DNA of 64,000 nucleotides from Strigamia acuminata (Eukaryota): NCBI GenBank assembly GCA_949358305.1, contig OX442314.1, positions 682,001 to 746,000 of the forward strand, read 5' to 3'. Shown piece by piece: positions 24,430 to 35,239 of this stretch (position 1 is its first letter; each line of letters starts with the position of its first letter). The notes under the pieces were generated by a model. It saw only the letters and a program-made list of their open reading frames with translations, ran no database searches and was not told where the DNA came from. The position numbers and the translations under genes were made by a program.

Positions 24430-25290
24430 GCTTGTTTACGCCTTAAATGTACATTTTTACATCTTAAAATGCATGTTTACGCCTTAAATTTACATTTTTA
24501 CGCCTTAAATGTATATTTTTACACCTTGAAATGCATATTTACGCCTTAAATGAGCACTTTTACACCTTGAAATGCATGTTTACGCCTTAAATGTACATTT
24601 TTACGCCTTAAATATACATTTTTACACAATAAAATGCATGTTTACGCCTTAAATGTATATTTTTACGCCTTAAATGTACATTTTTACGTCTTAAATGTGC
24701 ATTTTTACACATTGAAATGCATGTTTACACCTTAAATGTACATTTTTACACCTAGAAATGCATGTTTACGCCTTAAATGTGCATTTTGACACCTTGAAAT
24801 GCATGTTTACGCCTTAAATGTACATTTTTACGCCTTAAATGTACATTTTTACACATTAAAATGCATGTTTATGCCTTAAATATACATTTTTACACAATAA
24901 AATGCATGTTTACGCCTTAAATGTATATTTTTACGCCTTAAATGTACATTTTTACGTCTTAAATGTGCATTTTTACACATTGAAATGCATGTTTACACCT
25001 TAAATGTACATTTTTACACCTAGAAATGCATGTTTACGCCTTAAATGTGCATTTTGACACCTTGAAATGCATGTTTACGCCTTAAATGTACATTTTTACG
25101 CCTTAAATGTACATTTTTACGCCTTAAATGTACATTTTTACACATTAAAATGCATGTTTATGCCTTAAATGTATATTTTTACGCCTTAAATGTGCATTTT
25201 TACACCTTGAAATGCATGTTTACGCCTTAAATGTGCATTTTTACACCTTGCAATGCATGTTTACGTCTTAAATGTACATCTTTCTACCTT
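24430..25290. repeat. About 20/21-bp minisatellite tttacgccttaaatgtacatt
   Basis: Direct inspection. Confidence 0.9.
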
Positions 25291-25351
25291 AATTGTGCAC
25301 TTTTACTCATTAAAACTAATTTTATCTGCCATTTGAATTAAAATGTAATAC

Positions 25352-25531
25352 CAGTATTTGATTAGCCGTTTTCAGAAGAGCGTCGTAACTTTCTTGAACG
25401 TTGGTGAGTTGTTGTTGAATTTCCGTGCACACGTTATTAGCCACGTCTTGGTAGCGGTCGATCAGTCCGTTTCCTTTGGCTCGCAGGTCGTCTATCGTCG
25501 ATTGATAACATCGAACTTCCGCCAACATAAT
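25352..25531 (-). CDS. Msp300: Nesprin exon
   Basis: AG/GT, 180 nt. Confidence 0.85.
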
Positions 25532-25593
25532 CTGTCAAAAACGTTCATTCATTTACTAATAAATTCTTCGAGTTGATTTTACACAGGTTTTAC

Positions 25594-25761
25594 TTCGTGT
25601 TGGGAGATTAATTCCTGAGTTTGCGCCAGTGAATTCACGTAGAGTGAATTGTTGGCCATGAGTTGAAACGAAGTGTGCAACATCCACTTTTCTGTTTCCT
25701 GCAATCCGGTGTGATAGTCTTGGAATTCTTGCAGGTCATTTGCAAGGTGGGAAATGATGTC
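25594..25761 (-). CDS. Msp300: Nesprin exon
   Basis: AG/GT, 168 nt, ETEKWMLHTSFQLMANNSLYV. Confidence 0.85.
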
Positions 25762-25879
25762 CTGAGATTAAATACACATTTAGGAAAAACAGCAACGGGT
25801 ATCAAAGGTGTAGCGAGGTAATTTGGCGCCACCAAGTACTGAAAATGGCACTTTTTACAATAAATTGGCACTTTTTAGA

Positions 25880-26950
25880 TGAAAAATTGCCATTTTTAGA
25901 CCAAAATTGCCATTTTTAGACCAAAATTGCCAATTTTTAAACCAAAATTGCCAATTTTTAAACCAAAATTGCCAATTTTTAAACCAAAATTGCCAATTTT
26001 TAAACCAAAATTGCCAATTTTTAAACCAAAATTGCCAATTTTTAAACCAAAATTGCCAATTTTTAAACCAAAATTGCCAATTTTTAAACCAAAATTGCCA
26101 ATTTTTAAACCAAAATTGCCAATTTTTAAACCAAAATTGCCAATTTTTAAACCAAAGTTGTCAGTTTTAGACCAAAATTGCCGTTTTTAGATCAAATTTG
26201 CCATTTTTAGACCAAAATTGCCATTTCTAAACCAAAATTGCCATTTCTAAAACAAAATTGCCATTTCTAAACCAAAATTGCACTTTTGGCACCTTTTACA
26301 ATAAATTGGCACTTTTTAGCTCTAAAATTGCACATTTTAGCTCTAAAATTGCACATTTTAGACCAAAATTGCACATTTTAGACCAAAATTGCACATTTTA
26401 GATGCAAAATTGACATTTTTAGACTAAAATTGTCATTTTTAGACTAAAATTACCATTTTTAGACCAAAATTGCCATTTTTAGACCAAAATTGCCATTTTT
26501 AGACCAAAATTGCCATTTTTAGACCAAAATTGCCATTTTCAGACACCAAAATTGCCATTTTTAAACCAAAATTGCCATTTTCAGACACCAAAATTGCCAT
26601 TTTCAGACACCAAAATTGCCATTTTTAAACCAAAATTGCCATTTTTAAACCAAAATTGCCATTTTTAAACCAAAATTGCCATTTTCAGACACCAAAATTG
26701 CCATTTTTAGACTAAAATTGCACTTTTGGCACCTTTTACAATAAATTGGCACTTTTTAGCTGCAAAATTGCCATTTTTAAACCAAAATTGCCATTTTTAG
26801 ACCAAAATTGCCATTTTTAGACACCAAAATTGCCATTTTTAGACTAAAATTGCACTTTTGGCACCTTTTACAATAAATTAGCACTTTTTAGCTGCAAAAT
26901 TGTCATTTTTAGACCAAAATTGCACATTTTAGACCAAAATTGCACTTTTT
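25880..26950. repeat. 20/21-bp minisatellite accaaaattgccaatttttaa
   Basis: Direct inspection. Confidence 0.9.
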
Positions 26951-27015
26951 AGACCCATTTTCAGGTGTCTAAAAGTGATTGGTGGCCCCGACTCGCTACC
27001 GATCATTCCTCTCAC

Positions 27016-27168
27016 ATTGCATTTTTCCGAAACCAGTTGATGCCGTTTGTGTAAAACCTTCGCCGCTATAACAAAATTTTCATCTCCAGTTTTCGTCTGC
27101 AGTTCCTGAGCTTCGTTCTGCACATTGATCACATCTTTCTCTTTCGCTTGAATTTCGGACAACATATG
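27016..27168 (-). CDS. Msp300: Nesprin exon
   Basis: AG/GT, 153 nt. Confidence 0.8.
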
Positions 27169-27230
27169 CTTAAAAAAATAAATTAATTTTATTTCTAATA
27201 ACAAATCATTTTTCTTTATTATTATTATAC

Positions 27231-27557
27231 TTTGTATCTCTCGATTTGCGTTTTCATTTCGATCGCATTCCCCAGCAAACACGGCGGCTTCGCCAACCGC
27301 GTTTCCACGTCCGTCAACCACAGCTCGATCTTGCACCGATCCTCGTTGAAGTCGCCGAGTCGAGCGAGAGCCGCTTGGAGGCGACTCACGGACTGGCTCA
27401 GCTGCAGTGCAAACGCGTCCCATCCGCGGTGCAACCCGGTGATTTCTTTGCGCAGTTCTTCCTGCTCGCTCACCGGAATCGTGTTCAGAGCGCGCGCGCC
27501 CGCCTCCGACACCGTGTGCAGCATTTGTTGACTTTCCGAGATGCGACACGAAACATC
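27231..27557 (-). CDS. Msp300: Nesprin exon
   Basis: AG/GT, 327 nt. Confidence 0.85.
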
Positions 27558-27672
27558 CTGCAAAAAAAAATTAATAAATAATTTTATAAAATAATAAATT
27601 TAAAAAAAAAATTTTTCTTTTAGAAAATTATTTTAGAAAATTTTTTTTAAAAAAATTAATTTTTTTTTTTAC

Positions 27673-27990
27673 TTTGAGATTTTCTAGGCGAGTTTTGAGA
27701 ATTCCCTCGCTTCCAACCACGTCCGAATTGCCGGTCAACTTGTCGACGCATTGTTGCATCCATGCGTTGAATTCTTCCTTGGCGCGCAGGTAATTGTTGT
27801 AGTCGCCGACGCTTTTCTCCACTTTGTTCATCCAGGATTGGAGGGAGGACATGAGGTTGGAATAGGACGAGAGCAACTGTACCGTCTGGTCGCGGACGGA
27901 ACTGCTCGAGCTCAATTCGGCAAGCATTTCGCCGATGTCGCTCAGTTTCGACATTTCTTCTTTCTGGTTCTCGGCTTCGTCTAAAAAGGA
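27673..27990 (-). CDS. Msp300: Nesprin exon
   Basis: AG/GT, 318 nt. Confidence 0.85.
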
Positions 27991-28079
27991 CTGCAAAAAA
28001 AAATAATTTAGAATATTAATAATGTAAGAATGCCAATTTGGGGGCTAAAAATTTCAATTTTGGGGTTAAAAAGTACATT

Positions 28080-28910
28080 TTTGCATTAATTACACATGAA
28101 AAATGCAGTTTTGCACATGAAAAATGCAGACTTGCACATGAAAAATGCAGTTTTGCATTAATTACACATGAAAAATGCAGTTTTGCATTAATTACACATG
28201 AAAAATGCAGATTTGCACATAGAAAATGCAGTTTTGCATTAATTACACATGAAAAATGCAGTTTTGCATTAATTACACATGAAAAATGCAGTTTTGCATT
28301 AATTACACATGAAAAATGCAGTTTTGCATTAATTACACATGAAAAATGCAGTTTTGCATTAATTACACATGAAAAATGCAGTTTTGCATTAATTACACAT
28401 GAAAAATGCAGTTTTGCATTAATTACACATGAAAAATGCAGTTTTGCATTAATTACACATGAAAAATGCAGTTTTGCATTAATTACACATGAAAAATGCA
28501 GTTTTGCATTAATTACACATGAAAAATGCAGTTTTGCATTAATTACACATGAAAAATGCAGTTTTGCATTAATTACACATGAAAAATGCAGTTTTGCATT
28601 AATTACACATGAAAAATGCAGTTTTGCATTAATTACACATGAAAAATGCAGTTTTGCATTAATTACACATGAAAAATGCAGTTTTGCATTAATTACACAT
28701 GAAAAATGCAGTTTTGCATTAATTACACATGAAAAATGCAGTTTTGCATTAATTACACATGAAAAATGCAGATTTGCACATGAAAAATGCAGTTTTGCAT
28801 TAATTACACATGAAAAATGCACTTTTGCACATGAAAAATGCAGCTTTGCACATGAAAAATGCAGCTTTGCACATGAAAAATGCAGTTTTGCACATGAAAA
28901 ATGCACTTTT
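28080..28910. repeat. 30-bp perfect array gaaaaatgcagttttgcattaattacacat
   Basis: About 18 identical units plus variants. Confidence 0.95.
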
Positions 28911-28939
28911 TGCAAAATCCAATTTTTCTTTGACCCTAC

Positions 28940-30347
28940 CTTGAATTTCGCCAAATCATTGTGCTCCTTACTCGCCGCCTCCTGCTCCACCCTCCTCTTC
29001 ATCTCCTCAATCCACTCGGCCTGCCTGTCATAAGTCGCCTCAAACTCCGTCCAACAATCCAAACAATGCTCAAGATTCTGCTTCAGAGCTCTCCAACTGT
29101 GATTCAAATGCTGCCACTCATCCTCCGTCTGCTCCACATCACTGCACACCTTCCCCCGTCCTTCCTCGCCCATCTCCTTCATCAACGCCTCGCCCAACCC
29201 GCTCATCCTCTCCACCAATCCCCGCCCTTCCTCCTCCCCATCCATCACCTCCCGGTGCTTCCTAACCTTCTCCTCTATCGCCCGCTTGCTCTCGCCCGAG
29301 CAATCCTCCTGCACCTGCACTCGCCGCTTCCCGATCCAATCATTCGCCTCCTGCTTCGCCAAATTAAATTCCTCCATCTCCTTGACCCGTCGCTGCAGTT
29401 CCTCCACTTTCTCCTTCACGAGCCCCACGACGCGCTCGTACCGCGCCAACAAATCGCCCGTCTCCGAGTCCTCCTTCTCCCGCAGCCGCTCCGCCGCCTC
29501 CCCGTGCGCCGCCACGTCGCGCTCCAACGTCCCGTATCGTTCGAGGAGCGTCTTCCACCCTTCCGGAGTCTCCATCGCTTCGTTCTTCGTCTTTTCCTCC
29601 GTCTCGGCGAGCCACGTGCTGAACAGACGCAGCGTTTTGCGGTAGTCCTCGACCTGCGATATTTTGTTGACCAACAACTGCCGCGCCTTGGCGATGTCGG
29701 CCATGAGTTTGTCGAACTCCTGCTGGAGGTTTATGGAGTTCTCTTGGATTTTGGCGGCGCCGGCCGCGTCCGTGTTGAGGATGACCTTCTCTTTGAGCTC
29801 GAGCACGTAGCGCAGTTTGTGCTGGCCCTGCTCCATGGCGCTCTTGAGGTTCTTGAGCGTCTGCAGCTTGTTGTTGAGGTCGTCGGCGTTGTCGGTGAGT
29901 TTTGTGCATTCGTCGAGGCGCTCGCGGGTCTTGTCCACCCATTCGACGCACTCGGTGAAGATGCACTGTTGCTGTTGGTGTTCCTGGAAGTATTGTTCGA
30001 GTCGGCGCATCACTTCCTTGGCGAGGGACAGGAGCGCGTTGTATTTGGTCGTGATTTGGGTGATGGCGTTGGAGATGCGCGAATCCGAGCACGTTTCCAG
30101 TAGGATGTGCGCCTTGGCGTTCAGTTTGTCGAGCTCGGTCTGCCAGTCGAAGATGGTCTGCAGCAGCGCCTGGAATACTTCCAGCTGTTTCCGTTTGCCT
30201 TCCAAATCTGTTTGGAGTTTCATGTAGTTCTGCACTTCGCCCTCCTTCTTCATCAGCCAGTCGTAGCAGTGCTTGTAGAGTTCCTCGTATTCCGACCATT
30301 TAACCAAAGCGCATTCCAGAGTGGTGCGCGCGTCGCCGAGGGTACTC
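28940..30347 (-). CDS. Msp300: Nesprin exon (several spectrin repeats)
   Basis: AG/gtagg, 1408 nt, phase 2-0. Confidence 0.9.
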
Positions 30348-30406
30348 CTAAAAACAATACAAATCATATAAATAATAAGTATCATTTAAAAAATAAATTC
30401 TCTTAC

Positions 30407-31380
30407 TCATATCGCGCAAATTCATCCTGCAGAGACTGAATTTCTTCGTTGATGACATTCTGCTCCTGCTCCTGACACAACTGCAGTGCACTCTTCCCCA
30501 ACTCGACAGCCACCGCCAGCTTGTCGCTCCCTTTCGCCTCCTCCAACAAGAGCAACTTGAGATGATTATTCTTGGCCAGCAGCGTGTCCTTATCTCCCAC
30601 CGCTTCCAAACACTTATTAAGCGACTCGCGCGCCAACCTCATCCACTGATTGAAGTCGTTGCACGCGTCCACGAACGCCTGGTGCATCTCCACCACCTGT
30701 TTCTGCTGCTCGAGCACCTGGCGCGCGTGTTTGGTCAAATCCTGGTACTTGGTGGCAATCTCGGTCGCGTCCGTCTTCACCTGGCTCGTCGGGTTCTTCT
30801 GCATCAGCTCCTCGGCCTTGTAATTCACCGACTCAATCATCGGCTCGAACGAAACGATGTCCTGCACCAAACTGTTGGTCTTGCGGAGTGCGATCTTGCG
30901 CTCGCTGAACCCCTTGTCCACCTCCTGCGCCTTGCAGTCGATCACCTCCTGCAGTTTGCGTTCCCGTTCGGCCAGCCACTCGTTCAGGTGTTTGTAGCTT
31001 GAGCTGTAGTCAGTCCACTGCAGCAGCGACGTCTCGAGGGTCACTTTAGCGTTGGACATTTTCTTGACAAGTCGGTCCCAGTCGGTTTTGATGGTCTGCG
31101 TCTCGTTTTTGACGGCGTCCCGTGCATCGCTGCGCGTGCTGCGGATCGTCTTTTCACCCCAGCTGACCGTCTCGTTGGTCAGGATTTGTCCTTCGTCCTG
31201 TTTGGCTAGGAGGTCCTGGATGCGGGTCAGTTGCGCCTGCATCGAGTCTCTGGTGCCGGTTGTGTCGCTGCAGCCTTTCACTACTTCGCGCGCCTTTTCG
31301 ATCCAGCTCAGCGTTTTTGATCTGTTCTCTTTGTAGTTGCGATGGTTCTCGAAGTTTTGCTCCACTTTTTTCAGCACGTC
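30407..31380 (-). CDS. Msp300: Nesprin exon (several spectrin repeats)
   Basis: AG/gtaag, 974 nt, phase 0-2. Confidence 0.9.
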
Positions 31381-31589
31381 CTAAATGAAAAGTCAAAATA
31401 TACATACATAAAAATCAATAATAAAACCGCTTTTCTGTGTCTAAAACAGCATTTCTATTTTTATTTTGTCCATTTACGCATCCACAAACGCATTGTTATG
31501 CTTATGTTGTGCATTTAGGCATCTGAAATGCATGTTTGCACTTATTTTGTGAATTTTTGCATCTAAAACAGCAGTTTCATGAATCTCTG

Positions 31590-32185
31590 CAAGGTGCAGG
31601 GTTGAATTAAGCCTCTTTGATGTTTAGGGAAAGTTTTACTTAGATTTTAGAAATAGAAGTTTACTGAATCTAATTTTAATCTCAAAATATGGTAAATAAA
31701 TTAAAAGTGAGACGTGTCTTATCTTACTTGTTAGGTGATTGCACAACATTTGTTCCCTTTATTGCACAAATTTTGCAAACAAAAAATGTAGAGGGAAAAG
31801 GCAACAATTTTTATGACCAGGATTGTACATTCTAAGGTTTAAAAGCAGGGCTGACATTCTTGCATTAATAAATTACTGAAACAAATGAATTATACTTTTA
31901 TAGTCAAATAATTAAACGTGAGATGTGTCTCCTCCTTTCTTTATTGTACAAATTTTGCAATCAGGAATAAGGAAAACAAAGTGTATATTCTAAGGTTTAA
32001 TGTTTCCAAGGCTAATGTTTGAATATTTCTGAAAGCTGTCAAATTTTACTCTAATAAATTTGACAATCAAGAATCTATTTGAATAAAATAAATTAAACTA
32101 ATTTCCTCGTGCTATTGTCACAATTAGCTTTAAATAGCTAACAGAATGAGTGTAATGAAAATCATATCTTAACTATTCTACAAAC
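31590..32185 (+). promoter_or_regulatory. Upstream/promoter block of peptide gene A, homologous to about 42515-42935 (B) and 45370-45794 (C)
   Basis: Shared blocks gtttagggaaagtttt, ctcaaaatatggtaaataaa, gctgtcaaattttac, gctattgtcacaattagctttaaatagc (TATA-like). Confidence 0.6.
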
Positions 32186-32468
32186 ATGAAGCTAGTTCTG
32201 TTATTACTTTTAGCATTTGTTGTTGTCGTCGCTGCACAACAAGAAAACCTTGAACCAAAAGATGGTCCAGCCAAGCAAACTCTCGATGGAGTAATTTACT
32301 TAGATGATGATGATAAGGATATTGAAATAATTTACATACCTAAGCATGAAAGACCTCGCTCGACAACACCTACCACTAAAGGTGAGTTTAATTAAAATAG
32401 CCATTAAGCATTTTGATTAATCTAAAACGTTTCTTTCTTCTTGTTTAGCGCCTGTTGCAGCAGACTAA
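32186..32468 (+). CDS. Nested secreted peptide gene A, 71 aa (exons 32186-32381, 32449-32468): MKLVLLLLLAFVVVVAAQQENLEPKDGPAKQTLDGVIYLDDDDKDIEIIYIPKHERPRSTTPTTKAPVAAD
   Basis: Signal-peptide-like N-terminus, AAAC-ATG context, G|gtgagt...tttag phase-1 intron, TTTAAATA about 50 bp upstream, AATAAA at 32587. Confidence 0.85.
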
Positions 32469-33214
32469 TTTCTGTTCATTCAATTTGCAATAAGCAATTT
32501 TTGTTCATGTGTTATTAGCCATATTACCTATCCTGATTGGTCAATGTTTATTGACCAGTTATGTATATGTCATTACTATAAACTTAAATAAACACTTGTT
32601 AGTTAACCGTTGAACTGATCAGTCATTCATTTATTCATTCCTGATAATACCGTAGGTCATTTTCTTTACTTGACGCAACTTTTTCGGTCTTTTTTTTAAT
32701 TTATTGATCATTTTTGATCTTTTCATTATTTTTGGATCATTTTTGGTCTTTTCATTATTTTTGGGTATTTTCGGTTATTTGCTACTATTTGCATTGGAGC
32801 CCCTTGCATTTGCGGTAGTGACTTTGCTGTACTGTATCGGCGAAAATGGTTTATTTTTTATCAATAAAATTAATAAATCAATTAATAAATCAATAAAATT
32901 ATTTCTACGGAGTAATTCGGATTACGGCAACAATTTAATTCAGATAAATTTGAATTTCTCTTTTTAAAACTAGAAATTGCTGTCAATTGAGAGACAATGC
33001 AAATCGAGGAATATTGATGAACTCCAACCCCAACTGCAGGTGGTAAAGAAGGGAAATTCATCCAGAATTGCATAAACACTCAACTTGGCTAATGGACCAT
33101 TTCACACTCACAATTCACATTTAGCCATCAATTTCCATTTCCGAATTCACAACAATTTGGTCTGAAATTTGTCGAACCAACTGGGAATTTAGAAAAACAA
33201 AGTTTTACGACTAA

Positions 33215-33572
33215 AATTTTTATCTCAAAATAGTGATAAATAGCTGGGCTGACATGCTTGCATTAATAAATTTCTGAAACAAATGTATTACAGTTTTATA
33301 GTCAAATAATTAAACGTGAGATGTGTCTCCTCCTCCTTTTATTGCACAAATTTTGCAATCAGGAATAAGGAAAACCAACTGTACATTACAACGTTTAAAA
33401 CAGCTAATGTTTGAATATTCCAGAAAGCTGTCAAATTTTACTCTAATAACTTTCGCAATCAAGGAACATTATAATCATTTGTTGTTATCGCTACAAAATT
33501 TGTTGCAGCACATGTCTAAGAACCAGAAGTAGATGAAGAAGGAAGAAACTTACAGAAACGTTACGATATTAA
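33215..33572 (+). pseudogene. Decayed peptide-family paralog: promoter block fused to FVVIATKFVAAHV*EPEVDEEGRNLQKRYD
   Basis: Homology to the gene A promoter; TATA/ATG segment missing; TAA at 33517; truncated at a TTAA/TIR-like end. Confidence 0.6.
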
Positions 33573-34012
33573 GGTGGAAACACAAGGGAGCGAGTAAAAT
33601 TTAAAATAAATTTAAAATAAATTAGACTTTAATTTGTGCAAAATTCGTTTTCAAATTCGTGTCCAATTCGTTTTAATTCGTGTCAAATTCATTTTTCCGG
33701 CATCGCGTTTGTAAAAAGCGCAGCCCGCAATGCTTCCCGGCATCGGACCCGTCAATGCAGTCGAATATAACGTCATGACGTTGTATTCGAACTGACGTTA
33801 TATACGAACATCGCATAAACTTTCGAAAACGGCCATTTCGTCAAGACGTTGTATTCGAGGGAAGACATGTACCATATTTCCCCCAACGTTGGAGGAAATA
33901 GTCGGCCTTCTTAAGGTTGGTTCACACTTGTGTTCACACTATGAAGTAACGCAACGCAATGTTGCTGCGCATTGCATTGTTGGATTGTTTTTGCAGTAAA
34001 GTAAGCAAAAAG

Positions 34013-34215
34013 TGTTGTGTACCTAAACTATTTGATTGTTACAATAATGATTGACACATGTAATATAAATTAATTGTTGTTGCGGTTGCCTAGGCAGCCA
34101 TTCACAGAATAAATCAGTATGTGCAAATGAGTGAATAAGTGTACATGTGTTGTCTTGCCGTCCCGATGGGACAGGCTTATTTTAGGAGATGAACTGTTTG
34201 GCTTGGAATGCTAAA
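34013..34215 (+). repeat. 5' LTR
   Basis: TGTTGTGTACC...GGAATGCTAAA, identical to 39202-39404. Confidence 0.9.
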
Positions 34216-34381
34216 GTGGCGCAGTTGACCAGGCATACAGCCTGCGCGTTTGGGGATTTCGGCAAAATCAAGGACATTAATTAAAGAACAAACGAGCAGT
34301 TTGCAAGACGAAAATCGGACGTAACCGTTGCATTTGGAACGTCAAACGTTCGATCATACTCCATCTTGACCAGTTGATACA

Positions 34382-35239
34382 ATGGCGGCTCCAAAGGTGA
34401 TCTTAGGCCATCCGGGACCTTTCGACGGCAAATATGCCGCCGATTGGGACCGGTATTTGGAGCGAGTCGCCGAATTTCGGGCGTTAAACGACATACCTGA
34501 TGTTAAGCAAAAACCGCTGTTGTTATCCCTTATCGGACCGAAGGCTTATGCAGAGTTGCAAAAAGCCGCCCACCCGGCGAAATTGTCAACAAAAACTTAT
34601 CAGGACGTAGTAGATTTGATGCGAGTACATCTGGAACCGATCGCCCAACCGCACGTGTGCCGCCAGAGATTGGGGCTGCGCATGCGGAAGAAAGACGAGT
34701 CGGTGGAGCAGTATTTGACTGTTTTAAAAGGTTTAGCACAACCTTGTGGGTTTGCGACGCCGGAAGAGGATGATGCCGGCGTGTTGGACGCGTTTTTGAG
34801 AGGCATCAACGATGGAGGTATGCGGAAATATATCATGCTTTACGAAAATTTGACTTTGAAGCAAGCTGCCAAGCTGGCAACTTCTTACGAGTCAGCGATG
34901 GCGACGCCGTCTGCTAGTGTGGACGCCGGAGTGACTCCGGATGCGCCAATGCATTTGGTGGACGCGGAGGTCAACCAAGTCCGACAGTTTCGTCCGGCGA
35001 GACGCGGAGGCGCGACTGGCGGCGGATTTGCACCAAGTGGTTCGAGAGCGGGGCCCAGCGGTTCCGGTTGGAGAGGCGGGCGAGGAGGCCCCTCCGGAAG
35101 TGGTCAACGCGGTCGCGGTAGAGCGGGCGCTCGTGCTCCCGCAGGAATCGCGTGTTGGCACTGTGGTGGTCCACATTTTAGGTACCAGTGTCCGGACTGG
35201 ACCCGGAGAGGCGATGCAGGACAGGAGAGTGTGCAATAA
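34382..35239 (+). CDS. gag: Retrotransposon Gag with zinc knuckle
   Basis: 285 aa, RGG-rich stretch, CWHCGGPHFRYQC knuckle. Confidence 0.9.
   Translation: MAAPKVILGHPGPFDGKYAADWDRYLERVAEFRALNDIPDVKQKPLLLSLIGPKAYAELQKAAHPAKLSTKTYQDVVDLMRVHLEPIAQPHVCRQRLGLRMRKKDESVEQYLTVLKGLAQPCGFATPEEDDAGVLDAFLRGINDGGMRKYIMLYENLTLKQAAKLATSYESAMATPSASVDAGVTPDAPMHLVDAEVNQVRQFRPARRGGATGGGFAPSGSRAGPSGSGWRGGRGGPSGSGQRGRGRAGARAPAGIACWHCGGPHFRYQCPDWTRRGDAGQESVQ

Noticed and set aside
25907..26190. Repeat ORFs (FLNQNCQ)n and (PIFKPKL)n, and similar ones at 46120-46537 and 59956-60513
   Set aside because: Translations of intronic minisatellites
28016..29033. (LHFSCVINAK)n and (ITHEKCSFAL)n ORF extensions
   Set aside because: Read-through of a 30-bp intronic satellite; a good donor at 28939 splices in phase to 27990
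31627..31637. NF-kB-like GGGAAAGTTT upstream of all three peptide genes
   Set aside because: Imperfect match to the kB consensus; conservation is explained by duplication alone
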